Source of the DNA: Raja brachyura
Taxonomy: Eukaryota
Direction of reading: 5' to 3'
DNA length: 64,000 nucleotides
Assembly: GCA_963514005.1 (NCBI GenBank)
Contig: OY740813.1
Coordinates: 14,942,001-15,006,000, forward strand
Under the pieces are notes generated by a model, which was given only the letters and a program-made list of their open reading frames with translations, had not been told where the DNA came from and ran no database searches. Positions 48,834-62,534 of this stretch are shown in pieces. A program made the translations under genes and the position numbers. Every line of letters begins with the position of its first letter. Position 1 is the stretch's first letter.

Positions 48834-48875
48834 CTACTGGCCTGGAAGTTGTAGGGTCTTGGGATTTGGGACACT
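48834..48875 (-). CDS. ENG: Endoglin 42-nt juxtamembrane exon
   Basis: ttttattgtctag|(E)CPKSQDPTTSRPV(D)|gtgagt; phase 1-1, strong splice sites, open frame. Confidence 0.7.
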   Translation of the reverse strand, partial: SVPNPKTLQLPGQ

Positions 48876-49339
48876 CTAGACAATAAAAATAAATTAGTAC
48901 ATTATTGTAAATATTTCTTATAACTATATCTTGCAAGTCTTTCTAAATTATTTTTTGACATTCATTACTGTTTGCAAATGCAAGTTACTATTCAATTACT
49001 ATTTCTGAAATCTTTGTGGAACTCCCAGATCAGTCTGATATTGTAGACCGGGAAAAATATTTAAAAATGAAGGAAATGTGGGATATGACTATTGCTATAA
49101 CCATTTGCTGCTTGATGACTGCAATCCGGTTTCCAGTTTAGAACATAAACTAAAACATAATTTATATTTTATCATGTTGCAAATCATCACAGAGCCAATG
49201 TTTTATCAAGGAGCAAAATTCATAGGAGGAAAATGATCTTTCCAAACACTGCAACCAGAATATAGTAAGACAATGACCATTTGGCCTATTATGTCTGTGT
49301 TGGGTCCAAAGTTATCATTTATTCTATTAGTTCTATACT

Positions 49340-49780
49340 GATTTAACTTGCCAAATGCAACACCTCACATTTGTCAAATTTAAATACCATCTGCCATTCT
49401 TTGGTCCATTTTACATCGAGGTACTTTTGTAATCTTAGATAACTTTCCGTCCAATACATCATTAATTTTGTGGTCGCCAATCAATTTAATCGTGTTAACA
49501 ATGTTTTCATTCAAATAGTTAATGTAGTTGACAAAAAACAGTGGACCTAGCACCAGTCCTTGTGGCACATCAACAATCTCAGACCTCTGAACAACCACCC
49601 TATGACTGCTTCCACCAACCCAATTTTGTATCTAGTTGACCAGCTCACCTTGGATCCAATGTTAACAAACCTTCCAGACCAGACTACCATGTGGCATCTT
49701 GTCACCTCTTCAAAAAGCCCAATCAAATTTGTGAGACACAATTTCCCAGGCACCAACCCATGCTGACCTAGTAAATCTAT
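49340..49780 (-). mobile_element. CR1 RT fragment
   Basis: QHGLVPGKLCLTNLI, VPQGLVLGPLFFVNYIN. Confidence 0.75.
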
Positions 49781-52761
49781 CACTTACTGTATTCCTCTAC
49801 CTCGTATTCACTGTCAAAATGTATACATTTCATATATTAACATTAAATTGTATCTACTGTCCATTTGACTAATCTGAAAGCTTTAAATATTATCCAGCTC
49901 CGCACTGTTTATTAAAAAAAAAGTGGTCCCAAATCAATCTGGTAACACAACTAGAAATACTACATAGAAAATCATCATTTATCATCACACTGCTTTTGTT
50001 GCTCGGCTAATTTTGTATCCATTCTGCCATCAATTTTCAATTCCACGTTTTCATTTTATTAAAACTAATTATGTTACTTCAGCAAACGCCTTTTGTGAAT
50101 CCTGATACTTCATAAGTGTTGGTGAAATCCACCCCACTATAGTGTAGGTGCATGGTAGGATATTTGGGAAAGTAGGGGAGGGGGTGGAGCGCACATGAGA
50201 GAAAATCGTTTACAGGGAATCAAGTGGGAGTATGGTACTGAAGGAATGCTGAAAGCCAGGAAAACTCAATGTGCCAAATGGCTTCCTCTTACGTTGTAAG
50301 ATAATTAGTTGCCTTCCCAATTGAACAAAAGAGCTTTTATTTTAGCCATAATTATGACGTTTTCCCACTGATGCAGAACATAATTAAACATGATCCACAC
50401 AGATATGTACATTCCTTTTCAAGGTAACAAAGGCCTTCCACTTTTTGAACCTATAAATGTGGTCTGAAATCAGCAAAGATTCATGCACACATGGGAGTTA
50501 TCGATTCCTTGATCTGTACCTATTCTCAATTCCACCCCCAGTGTCAGGCTATTGGATAGGTAATATTGTTTATTTATTTAACAAGGACAGCAGGGATAAG
50601 TAGGTAACTACAGGCTGGTGAATTCTTAATACCCATACATGAATGGTAGAAGAATTATTGGTGAAAATTCCAAGGAATAGAATAGTCATCAAGGGTCAGT
50701 GCAGAGGAAATCCTGTTTCACTAAGTTGAGTTTTTTTGAGAAGGTATGCAAGAAGATTTTTGAAGGCAAGGCAGTAGACATTGTAAAGAAATTGTCAAGA
50801 TCCAACACGGTAGGCGAGTGTAGAAGGTTAAGACACATGGAATCCTAGGTGAGCTGGGTTATTGAATCTAAAGGGGCTTTCTACTGGGAGGCAGTGGTAC
50901 CAGAAGGATACCTTTGATTAGCAGCAGTATGATTAGTAAGATTGCAGATGGCACAATCATTTTGTATAGTGAGGAAGGATGTCTAAAGCTACTGCAGGAT
51001 ATTGACCTGAGGGAATGTTGGCAATGGAATTTAATCTCAACTGTGAGATGATGCATTTTAAGATACTAAATAAGAGTAGGATATATACTGTAAACAGTAG
51101 GATATTAAGCGACCTTAGGACACAAATCTATCATTGCTCTAGTCATTGAACAACTGGAGCTACTTGCAAAGCTCTCTGGATTGTGCAGTAATACAAACAG
51201 AGAACGCTATAATTATTCACCAGGTCAGGCAGCTTCAGGGGAAAGCAAAATGGTTAACATTTCAAGTTCATGATCTTTCATCAACATTCTCTTTCTACAT
51301 TAGATTTCCAACAACTGCAGTTTGATTTTAAGATTATGCTGCATTGGCAGAACTCACATCGGACAAACCCACGCTGTTCAATGACCTTGCAATGTCACAT
51401 GGATATGCCAGAAGTGGTCGTTCTGCTATAACGTGTTTCCATAATGCTAATTAGTGAATTAAAGAACATTGCTTGTATTAAGCGAGTCAAATTGGTTATA
51501 ATGCAATTTCAATTGGGAAATAAGGAACACATCTACCAATTTCACCACGGGAGGTCATTGAAGTTGACAAGCAATCACAGCTATTGACATTTATGATATA
51601 ATTATGAAACAATGTTACATACAACCTTTAGTATTCCTGGCTTACAGTAACAAAAATAAATTCTCAATAAAAAGATTTGTTATAGAAAAATCTTTCCGGG
51701 AAAATAACTTGGTTATTGCGATCTGAAACTCTAGCCCTTAATCGCCTTTTCCCTTTGACACTATTTTAGAATGTGATTTTCTATAATGTGAAATTTCTTA
51801 GGAATGCAATTATCACTTTGTAGCACTCTGTATTGTGACTTTGCATTCTCACCAATGCAGCTTAATAGAGTTTCAGACACGATGCATTTCTGATGTATAT
51901 TATGGACATTTAAGGCTCCCCATCTGAGAAAAAAAAGAAGAAAATTATCACAATGAAGAATGTCCAGGAGAAGAAGATATTAGAGGGATGCTGGACAGGA
52001 AAAGCCTTTGTCTGAAATCCAAAATCTTATGCTCCAAAAGATTGATGTATCATGAAAGCCCTAATCTTAGCTTTACTTGCTCTTGTCATGTTAGGATTAA
52101 TACATTTGTTTTTTCTGGCATCTGTCCATATGGAAGATACAGACAATTTCCTGCATCCCCCTCCTCTGACCATAATATATTTGAGATGCTTGACATCTTG
52201 CCAACAAGGTCATCTTCCATTTCTTCCTCAGGGCAATCCCACCCTGACCCAATGTTAACATTTCAAGCCCATCTCCATAGTTACTTAGTACTTGGAAAAT
52301 AAATTGAATACAATGACCTCAGTGGTGCATGTTTTCAGGGAAAAGGAAGTCAATTGCAAAGCTTCTGATCATTGATAGTTTTGCAAGGATATAAACCAGG
52401 ATACATTGTTCCAATCATTACAACAGTACATTACAAACTACATAACACTTTCTAATCCAGAGTTCCAGAATTACCAATGGAAACAAATATATTAGTGAAT
52501 ACAAACCTGCCTACCTTCAACAAACTTTACATTTAACTATAGTGTTCCATCTACTTCATAAACAATTCTGAATGCACCTGATTTTATTTCCCCTTCTCTA
52601 CCCTACCATTCCTTCATCTCTCTCAAACACATTTGGAGCTAATAATAATGTAGCTATTTCTGCTTTCACTGGAATATAATGTGCAAAATAATGACAAATT
52701 TAGTTGTCCAAAGTCCCATGTCTGCTACCTTTAAAGGGAACCCAGGCTTCTATCAGATTTT

Positions 52762-52784
52762 GGGGGGGGGGGGGGGGGGGGGGG
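52762..52784. repeat. G23 homopolymer (also C20 at 2316-2335)
   Basis: Direct reading. Confidence 0.95.
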
Positions 52785-55159
52785 AACTGCAACTCCTAGA
52801 AATCTGAAATACTCAGCAGATTAGACAGCACCGATTGAGAGAAAAACAGAGTTAAAGTTTCAGTTCCGATGTGAAGATGAGGTGTTGTTCCTCAAGCCCG
52901 AGTAAGACCTCATTGTAACAATACAAGCGTCTAAAGACAGAAAGGTCACAGTGGAATGGGGTCGTGAATTTAAAGAGCAGGCAGCCAGAAGCACAAAGTA
53001 ATTCCTGCAGACTGAAGGTGCACCTGTCCAAGATTCACAAGCAGAGTTTTCTGGGCAAACACATTTTTCCAGCCTGCTCTTGTCTCACTAAATTATTTGT
53101 TCCTATCTTGACTCCATCCTTTCTCCCCTGGGCCAATCTCTCTTGATTACATTTGTAACTCTTTGGATGTTCTTGATCACTTTGACATTTTTCAAATCTA
53201 GTTCATCAGACTGATACTCGACTGCTGCTATTTTTCTGTGTTTGTGAGAGCCGATATTGTGTATCAGCATAATATTCACAGAAAACCTACATAGGCCCAA
53301 TATGTCCATACAAAATTTAATGTGCTCTCCGTCAAATATTTTTGCAAAAAATCATAAGGATAATCCTCTGACATCTTTTTAAATCATGAATGTTGAGAAT
53401 ATCTATTCTTTGCTAGCTCAGGATTATTCAGTATCAGGCCATGTTTAAAATTACCATATTTTGATATACTTGTTTTAGTGCAGCACAGTTTAGTATTTTT
53501 TGCCCACTAAGTAATGCCTGTCAGTCTTCAGTTAAAGTTGTGGACTTTAATGTTTTCTTTTAACAACACGAATTTGTAAAAACATCAGTGATATCTTCTT
53601 AGGCATGAGGAATTAATATAAAGAACGAAACCTGCGTTTCTGTTGGAGAAGTTAAGATTTTGCATTCAAGTACCTGAACTTTTCAAAATTATGAAGTAAT
53701 GCTCACACAAGCAGATTTGCTGCGAGGTTGAAGGGCAAAACACAGGAAAGGTGTCTGAAGGTCATTTGGCTTTTGTGAGGGTGGAAAGCTAATCAATTTG
53801 AGAAATCTGTTGACCGCCGGGGAGGGTGAAGAAGCAATTTAACTAAGCAAAATAGTCAATTTCAAAATCAACTGAATGCCATTCAAGAAACAAATTGCTT
53901 AAGAGATACCGAGAGAAGAAATGTGGGATTTCCTCCACAGAAAGAGAGTGGACTTATGGCCCAATATATTTTTCCCACAGCTGAAAATATATTGGGGAAA
54001 AAATGCAAGCAAGGAAATCGATCAATACGATTGCAAATCCAACAGGCAGCTGAAAACCTGACACATGCTTTGCACTGGTGACTAAAGATGAACTTCCCAC
54101 CAATTATGTTGTAACTGTTGCACCACCACATGACACTCTTAACTGCATTTGAAGAAAGTATATAAAATCTGTGTTTATTATTAGCAAATTATTATATTCT
54201 CAGAATTCAACTCAACTGTTGCGAGCAATGAAAAATGGACATAAGTCCCTGATGTGAAGCAAATAATGCAGGAAGACCTACAGAATCCAATTGAATATGG
54301 AAACAATATGGTGCAAGCATACAAATATTTCTCCTCAATATATTCCTTTGGTAAAATTCATATTTAAAATGGAAATATGAATTGTTATACTTAAAGTGCA
54401 ACTCATGGCAACAGTATACATTTTGTTCTCTAAATACATTCCAACCTTGACGTCTGCATCCATAGAATGTGCAAAAAAAAGCTCTCTATTGCACAAATTA
54501 AATTTCATATTTCCACAGATCATAAATCAAAATATATGTAATAAATGGGTTTGATTAATGTTAGAAAAAAAATCTTAATGCAAGTTTCAAAAGAGTTCTG
54601 CAAGCAGTGCTTGTTTTATGATGGCATAGTGGCATATTTAAATAGATAAACACTAGGTCATGATTAATTTTTAACATGTTTATACTTTTTAGTGATTAGT
54701 TTATTAAGTTAGGTTGGTCACAAAATCAAAACAGAAGAGGAGGTATATTGACCCTGTTAATAAGTGTAGCATATTTTTTAATATGTGTACCATCATCTTT
54801 TTGTCCACAAAATAAAAGAACTAACAGCAAGTATGTATTGTTAATTCCAATACTTTGTTTACTTTGAGTGCCTGGTGCTGCCAATTGTTGATTTGAAGAA
54901 TTGTAGGCACTTAAAGAACTTTTCTTTTAAGCTCCATACATTTGAGGAGGGTAATCAGACCATTCTGTTAAATCTGAACAATGAGACACATTTGTCCGTT
55001 TACTCTCCATTATAATAGTTTTTATTTTATCTTTCATGACAAATTAAATGGGTAATGCTGCTGTTCAAAATAAAGAACTAATACAATAATATGAAATAGC
55101 TTAATAATAAATAGATTCATAATTATGGCAAATGCTCATCATCAAAAAATTGAACTTAC

Positions 55160-55229
55160 CAAGTTGTTTCGGACTATTGTTATCTATTTTTAAAGCTTTA
55201 GATATTTTCCCCACAAAATGGCATTTGTT
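55160..55229 (-). CDS. ENG: Endoglin exon (end of ZP-C)
   Basis: ttttttttcag|NKCHFVGKISKALKIDNNSPKQL(E)|gtaagt; phase 0-1 fits its neighbours. Confidence 0.8.
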
Positions 55230-55360
55230 CTGAAAAAAAACAAGATCTTGGCTTTATTTTGCATGCCTCGGTAAATGGTTTTATACAAAAATTCCCTCAT
55301 GATGTTAAACTGCATTTACATTTTTTGTTACCCTTGACATTCACAGGAAATATTTAAGCA

Positions 55361-55955
55361 GTGATATTTCATGCAAAAAACATTCTTCTGCAGTTGTATA
55401 GGGCTCTGGTGAGACCACATCTGGAATATTGTGTACAGTTTTGGTCTCCTAATTTGAGGAAGGACATCCTTGTGATTGAGGCAGTGCCGCGTAGGTTCAC
55501 GAGACTGATCCCTGGGATGGCGAGGGTGTCATATGAGAAAAGATTGAAAAGACTAGGCTTGTATTCACTGGAGTTTAGAAGATTGAGGGGGGATCTTATA
55601 GAAACTTACAAAATTCTTAAGGGGTTGGACAAGCTAGATGCAGGAAAAATGTTCCCAATGTTGGACGAGTCCAGAACAAGGGGGCAGTCTTAGAATAAAG
55701 GGGAGGTCATTTAAGACTGAGGTGAGAAAAAACTTTTTCACCCAGAGTTGTGAATTTATGGAATTCCCTGCCACAGAGGGCAAATCACTCGATGGATTTA
55801 AGAGAGAATGGATAGAGCTCCAGTGGCTAGTGGAATCAAGGGATAAGGTTAGAAGGCAGGCACGGGTTATTGATAGGGGACATGATCACAATGAATGGCA
55901 ATGCTGGCTCAAAGGGCCTCCTCCTGCACATATTTTCTATGTTTCCATGTTTCTA
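55361..55955 (+). mobile_element. CR1 3' fragment
   Basis: LYRALVRPHLEYCVQFWSP...RRLRGDLIETYKIL, with an (TTCTATG)-like tail. Confidence 0.9.
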
Positions 55956-56759
55956 CATCAAAGTTCTGATCTAATTTGGCTGGACAAAACAGAGTTGCAA
56001 AGCTGTCAGAGTGACATAATTTAATCTACTATTTTCATTCTGTTTTACTAATTATTTATCAGAAAACTCAATGTTTCTTTAAAGATATTTTCTTATTTTA
56101 ATTAAATACCAAAAAGGTATGCAATTGAACAAAAATAAATCAGAAATATGTTACTGAATCATAGAGCTGTACAGCAGGAACCATCTTCCATCTTCGACCC
56201 ATCTTGTCCATGCTGACATATTCTAAACCTTTCCTTTCCATATATCTGTCCAAATATATCTTTTAGAAGTTGTAATTGTATCAATTTCTTTAGCATCCTA
56301 TATGGCAGGTCGTTCTAGATACTGATTACCTTCTGCTTCTGAAATGAGCTGCTAGAGAAAGCTATAGAAGTTCTAAACTTCAAGAGGAAAGGAAAGTAGA
56401 GAGGTGTATAGTTTCTAAGGAAATTCCAAGACCTTTGTCCTCTGCAAATGAAGGAACAATTACTAACAGTGGAGAAATAAAGTCCTAGTACAATCTAGGA
56501 GGAAAAACTGGTAGTATATTATGATCTCCGAAAGCTGTAGGGCTAGAGAATATTACAGGAATAGGATGACACAAAGCTGTGGTTTGCAAATTAAAATGCG
56601 AATTTTAAAATCAACATTTTGCTTAACTGATTACCAATACAAGTCAACAAACACAGAAGTGATAGGTAGTCAGGACTGGTTCAAGCAATAATAAAAATAT
56701 ACAGCAAAATCTGTACTAAATAATAACACCAACAAAACAGTTGATGATGTTAGAACACT

Positions 56760-59260
56760 TACTGGTAGAATAGAAGTCGTTGTGCATGTTGGCACAAATG
56801 ACATGAGTAGGAAAAGTAATGAAGTCCTGTAAAATGATTATAGTGAGTTAGGTAAAAGGTTTAAAAGCAGGACCTCCGAGGTAGTGATCTCCAGATTACT
56901 CCTGTTGTCACATGTTAGTGAGGATAGGAACAGCAAAATAGGATAGATGAATGCATGGCTGAGGATTTGATGCAGGGGGAAAAAAAAATAATCAGATTTT
57001 CAGACCATTGGGATCAATGGGTGGGTTTAAACTCGATTGGAAAGGGGCAGGATCCAATGCAGGGCCGAGGCAGGTGAGAGTTTGGCATTCAGAATGGAAG
57101 ATGATGAAAGAACGTTCAGTGGACAGAATAGGCAGGAGCATGGCAGGGAGTGAGGAAGAACTGGAGGATTGAATCGCATCTAATTTAATGCATGAGGCCT
57201 GACGGGTAAGGCGGATTAACTCAGCGTCTGGATAGGTATGCACGATTGGGATGTTGCGGCCGGTTTGGAAACATGGCTAAGAGAGAGACACGTCTGGCAG
57301 CTACATGTTCCAGAGTACAGGTGCTACAGGAGAGGTAGAGGTGGGGATAAAAGAGGAGGGAGTGTTGCTGTATTGATGAAGGAGAATGTCATGTCAGAGG
57401 TCCGAGATAACATTACTAATGGTTCGTCCAAAAAGGCTATATGGTTGGAGCTGAGAAATAAAAAGGAGATGATCACCTTGTTGGGAAAGTACTTTAGGCC
57501 CCCAAATAGTCAATGGGAATAATAAGAACAAATATGTCAGGAGATTGCAGGCAAGCTGCAAAATAGGTAGAAATAAAGAACTGCAGATGCTGCTTAATAC
57601 ATAAAAGAACGCAAAGTGCTGGAGTAACTCAGCACATCAGGCAGCATTTGAAGAATGGTTTTGACCCAAAATGTTACCTATCCATATTTTCCAGAGATGC
57701 TACCTGACCTGCCAAGTTACCCTAGCATTGTATGTCCTTTTGTGTAAGACTAGTAACTTTACCAATATAGACTTTGACTATTATAATGCCATGGGCCTAC
57801 ATGGGGTGGGATTTGTCGAATGTATTCAGGAAAGTTTCCTCAGGTAATGTGTGGAAGCCCTACAACGGAGTAGGCAGAGCTTCCTTTTCTCTTAGGAAAT
57901 TGGGACGGGCAAGTGACTGAACTGTGTATGGACGAGCCTTTTGGGACCAGTGACCTCTATTAGCTTTAAAATATTTTTGGATCAAGTCAGGGCAGACACA
58001 TGAGTTATAATTCTGAATTGGGGCAAGGCCAACTTTGATAGTATTAGACAGGAACTTGCTCAAGTTGATTAGAATGGGTTGGTTGCGGACAAAGGGACAT
58101 TCAGAAAGTGGGATGCTTTTAAAAGTATAATGGCAAGAGTTCAAGGTTGCTGTTAGAGTGAAGGGCAAGAAAAGTGGGAGTAATGCATCTTGGATGATAA
58201 GAGAAAATGAGGCTCGGGTCAGGAAAAAGGCAGCTGGGATTGAGTGTATCCCTGGAGCAGTTTTGGGAACCAATAAGTTTTAAGAAGGAAATCACGAGGG
58301 AAAACATAAAGCATGAGAGAGCTCTGGCAGATAATATTAAGGAGAATCCATAGATATTTTAAAGAGGCCAACTAGAGAGAGAACAGGGCCCCAGAAAAAC
58401 CAAACCAGTCATCTCTGAATGGAGCCACATGAGATGGGCAAGGTCTTCAATGAATATTTCTTCTCTGCTTTTGCCATGGAGAAAGACATGGGAAACTTAA
58501 GACATGAAGACTCGGGAGCAATTAATGGAAATGTCTTGAGGACAGTCCTTATTACGGTCAAGGAAGTGCTGAACGTCCTAACGTGCGTAAAGGTAGATAA
58601 ATCTCCCTGGCCTGATCAGATATATCGGAGAACATTGTGGGAAGTGTTGTTCCTTTATTTAAATGTACGGTCAATGTACACTGATGAAGGCCAATGTCAT
58701 TGGGGGTATTGAGTATGGAAGTTGGGATGTTGTGTTACAGTTGTATGAGGTGTTAGTTAGGCCACATTTGGAGTAGTGTGTTCAGTTTTGGTCACCTTGC
58801 AATAGGAAGGATGTCGTTAACCTGGAAAGAATGCAAAGAATTACAAGGATATTGCCAGGAAGGAGAGGTTGGGCAGGCTAGGACTTCATTCCTTGGAGCG
58901 CAGGAGGTATGAATGGTAATCTTGTAGAGATGTATAAGATCATGAGGGTTATTTAGGGTAAATGCTCAGTCATCTACCTAGCATAGGGGAATGAAGAACC
59001 AGGGGACATAGGCTTAAGGTGAAAAGAACAAGATTCAACGGGAATACGAGAGACAATGTTTTCCACATAGAGGCTGCTAGGTATATGGCCAGAGGAGGTA
59101 GTTGCGGCAGGTACTATAACATTTGGCCAAGTACATGGATAGGAAGGTTGAGAAAGACATGGGCCAAATGCAGGGAAGTTGGACTCGCGTAGATGGGTCA
59201 TCTTGTTCAGCATAGGCAAGTTAGGCTGAAGGGCCTGTTTCCATGCACTATGACTCTACT
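56760..59260 (+). mobile_element. Degenerate, internally deleted CR1 LINE (ORF1 esterase, APE, ORF2 end), interrupted by a Penelope-like relic at ~57570-57750
   Basis: EVVVHVGTNDM (SGNH esterase of CR1 ORF1), ETWL (APE), KSPWPDQIY, and a CR1-type 3' end. Boundaries are approximate. Confidence 0.85.
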
Positions 59261-59287
59261 TCTAAAAATGATGTAATAGCAACTTAC

Positions 59288-59554
59288 TGGTTCAATGCAA
59301 TAACCTGTATTGCATTCCATGACTACATCCTCAACGACAGGGCTCCAGACATTATGGAAAGTGAACTGGAAGCGGTTATACAAGATTTCGGATTTACCAC
59401 ACATGGCTTGAAGTGGCTCCAGGTTAGTAAGGGTCAATGGCATGTCACGAAGACTGAGACCATTTTGTACAGAACTCGTCGTAACTTTCGGGATGAGGGA
59501 GCAGTTATGTTGTATTTGTTTAAACATGCCCGAGATCAGCGAGGCAACTGAAAC
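59288..59554 (-). CDS. ENG: Endoglin exon (ZP-C)
   Basis: tttacag|VSVASLISG...NCSL...QAMCGKSE...NRFQFTF...MECNTGYCIEP|gtaagt. Shows the ZP-C RFxF motif and Cys pattern. Confidence 0.88.
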
Positions 59555-59897
59555 CTGTAAAAATATGAAATTATTATTAAAGTTGTGTGGTATATTATAC
59601 CAAAAGTTTTTTTTAAATGACAGGTTAAACAAAAGAGGCTTTCATATTTTATCATTTTCATTTAGAGCTCCTAGCAAGGATAAACCACAATCAATTCTCT
59701 ACAAACACTAATGTTTAAAAGAGTATTAAAAAGTGTGGTGGAATACCAAGGAAGACTTGTGTTCTGAGGCATTGTAAATATGAATAATCACTTTCCTCTG
59801 TCCTATTTGATACGTGAATCATCCTCTGTGGTCAAGAGTGTTTAATGTACAATGCACCAGGACCAGAACAATGAAATAATTTCTTGCTAAAGCTTAA

Positions 59898-60410
59898 AGG
59901 GGCTGTCCCACTTGGGCGACCTAATTGGCGAGTTTAGAAGAGTTTACAAAAAAGACATGTTGAAGACCTCCTTCGACTATGTAGAAGACCTCCTTCGACT
60001 ATGTTGAGGACTAGCTACGACTAACTACCGGAAAATTGGACACCGAATAGTGGAGCGTGAAGTCGACCTCCTTCGATCTCCCTTTGACTATGGTGAAGAC
60101 TATCTACGACTTCCTTCGACTAGCCTCGATTACCTACGACTAAGATGCCGACTTACTATGACTAAACATACGAGTAAAAAAAGTATTGATTTTTTCCCAT
60201 GGCAACCTTTTTTTACTCGCGGGCATTTTTTCACTTATTGAAAAAAATGCCGTGACATAGCTGAGGCCTCGAGTACGCGGAGACTACCCTCGAGCATGAA
60301 GGAGTGTTACGAAGACCTCCTATGATCTCGTGTCGACCATGCTGCGAGTACGAGTCGAGAGCAAACTCGCCAGAACTCGCAGATTAGGTCGCCCAAGTGG
60401 GACAGGCCCT
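59898..60410. mobile_element. PIF/Harbinger-like MITE
   Basis: 28-bp TIRs AGGGGCTGTCCCACTTGGGCGACCTAAT / ATTAGGTCGCCCAAGTGGGACAGGCCCT; TAA TSD; internal GAAGACCTCCTTCGACTATG repeats. Confidence 0.9.
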
Positions 60411-60658
60411 TAACAAACATTTCAAAATGCAAAAACACAACAAATAAATATACAGTAAATTATTAGTTATTCTAAGTTGGCCAGACTCTATAGTTGGCCA
60501 GACCACAGTTGTGTAATCTTCGTACATACTGCAAGATTACACAGAGCAGACAGGAATGCAGAGAAGTTACAAATCAGATCAATCGTGACCGTATTAAACC
60601 ATGGAATAGACATGAAAGGCTGAGCAACATATTTTGGAAATACAAATGCATGATTTAC

Positions 60659-61257
60659 TTATAAATTAATTTTAACTGGAAACATCTCTGAATAGCATTC
60701 AAAATAGATTTTATTTCTACCCTGTTCTCCTCCGACCGGGCTCATCAGTAATAACACTGAAATAATCTCACCTACCATTGTCTTTTGCAAGTGGAAATCA
60801 CAAGAAGTTGTCACTCGTATGGAATAAATCTTGAACCTTTTTTAAAATGTTCACTGAAATGGGCATCCATCAAAATGTTATATAAACTCACAGTACTCTT
60901 ATTATCCTTACAATATAGCATGCTGTCTTATACTCTTATCTAAGAATTGGGGATCGTATCATGTTATAAATTTATTTTAACTGGAAAAATCTCTGAATAT
61001 CATTCAAAATAGATTTTGTTTCTACCCTGTTCTCCTCAGATCAGGCTCATCACTAATAACACTGAATTAATCTCACCTACCATTGTCTTTTGCAAGTGGA
61101 AATCACTAGAAGTTGTCAGTCGAAGCAGCATAATGGTTGAGGCAGAAAGTGGGCTACTAAGACAGCACACTATATTGCTAGGATAATAAGAGTACTGTGA
61201 GTTTATGTGACATTTTGATGCTGTCACTTTCAGTGAACATTTTAGAAAAGATTCAAG
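60659..61257. repeat. Local complex duplication A-B-A-B(inverted)
   Basis: A 60659-60817 matches A' 60964-61122 (direct); B 60830-60930 matches the reverse complement of 61158-61257. Confidence 0.9.
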
Positions 61258-61537
61258 GTTCCAGAAATTGATTAAATCTTGCACTTTCTATTAATAATGT
61301 CTATTTTTAAACTATGTTATTACTCTCAGTGTATTTCAAAATACTTCAGAGACAATTCAATACCTTGAAAAGAAGTAACGGTGCAATAAGGGCAAAGGAA
61401 GGTCTATGTTGTATAGAACAATCAGTTAACACACATTTTGTATATCAAGATTCTTTTAACAGATAAGAGCAGCCAGTCACAATACAAATTCATAGAAGTT
61501 AGATAAGCCTTGTTAAAAACTAAAATAGTCATCATAC

Positions 61538-61681
61538 CTCTCCATAGACAGTTGTGCAATTATAAAGCTTTACAGAAGGCTTTTTAAAGTCAGGATGCTC
61601 GTGAATTCTAATTTGTCCTCCATCATTTATATTGTTCAGCTTGAGGATATCACAAATTGTTTGTACACGAGGACAAAGTAT
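61538..61681 (-). CDS. ENG: Endoglin exon (ZP-N/ZP-C linker)
   Basis: aaacag|ILCPRVQTICDILKLNNINDGGQIRIHEHPDFKKPSVKLYNCTTVYGE|gtatga; resembles human [26 protein letters not shown]. Confidence 0.82.
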
Positions 61682-62492
61682 CTGTTTAGAAAATATTGTA
61701 TGATAAATCAAAATGAATGAAAACTTATTTTTAATTAGAATTTCATTTCTATTTAACAATTTTTTGGTATACGAATACATACCAAATTATAGCATAATTT
61801 TCCAGCCACCTGTTTAATAACTGCTATCATGTTCCACTTGAATACACAATATTCTACAACTTACTAATCCATTTTTCATGAAAGCAAGCAATAACTAGCA
61901 CATATTTCCACTAAAGACACAAAGTGCGGGAACATCTCAGCGGGTCAGGCAGCATGAGTCTTCTCCATTTCATGTTCTCCAGAGATGCTGCCCGACTCCA
62001 ACACTGTGTCCTTTCTAGTGGAAATATGTGATACTTAAGTAATTGCTCACACAGATTACAGTGCAGTATATTTTCTGTGGTTGACTTATACGGGATGCAT
62101 GAGACAAGACTTTAGAATTATGTGACAAGAAGTCTCAGACTTAAAACATTCACTTTGTTCCTTTTACCGCAGATGCTGCCTGAATTGCAGGGAATTTCCT
62201 GCATTTTCTGTGGGTTTTTTTGTTTCAGATTTCCATCATCTGTAGCTTTCTATATCTTTCTATATACCATCTACACCTTTTATTTTCAGCAGAGGAGCAT
62301 TCAGGTGGCAGGTATTTTTTGTCATTATTTTTTGTTGATGGTATTACAATCATCTAATATGCACAAAGAACTAAAGATTTTGAACAATGTTTAAGCTATG
62401 CAATGAGTGTTTTGATTGACATTGAAAATTTAAAAGCTGCTGTTTCAAACAATTTATTTTAATCGGAAAAATGTGTTCAAAAGATTACTTAC

Positions 62493-62534
62493 ATCATGAA
62501 TTAATTCAACTCCATTGCTGAGCTTTATCTTTAG
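62493..62534 (-). CDS. ENG: Endoglin exon, probable end of ZP-N (short exon)
   Basis: ttttctacacag|LKIKLSNGVELIHD|gtaagt. Phase 0-0, with size and position like the short human exon 10; sequence similarity is weak. Confidence 0.6.

Noticed and set aside
52510-52580. Possible ENG exon (minus-strand AG...GTAGGC)
   Set aside because: In-frame stop in the required phase.
59243-59551. 102-aa plus-strand ORF
   Set aside because: Antisense shadow of the ENG ZP-C exon.
59950-60160. Short GAAGACCTCCTTCGACTA repeats that look CRISPR-like
   Set aside because: No regular unique spacers; these are internal repeats of a Harbinger-like MITE in a eukaryotic intron.
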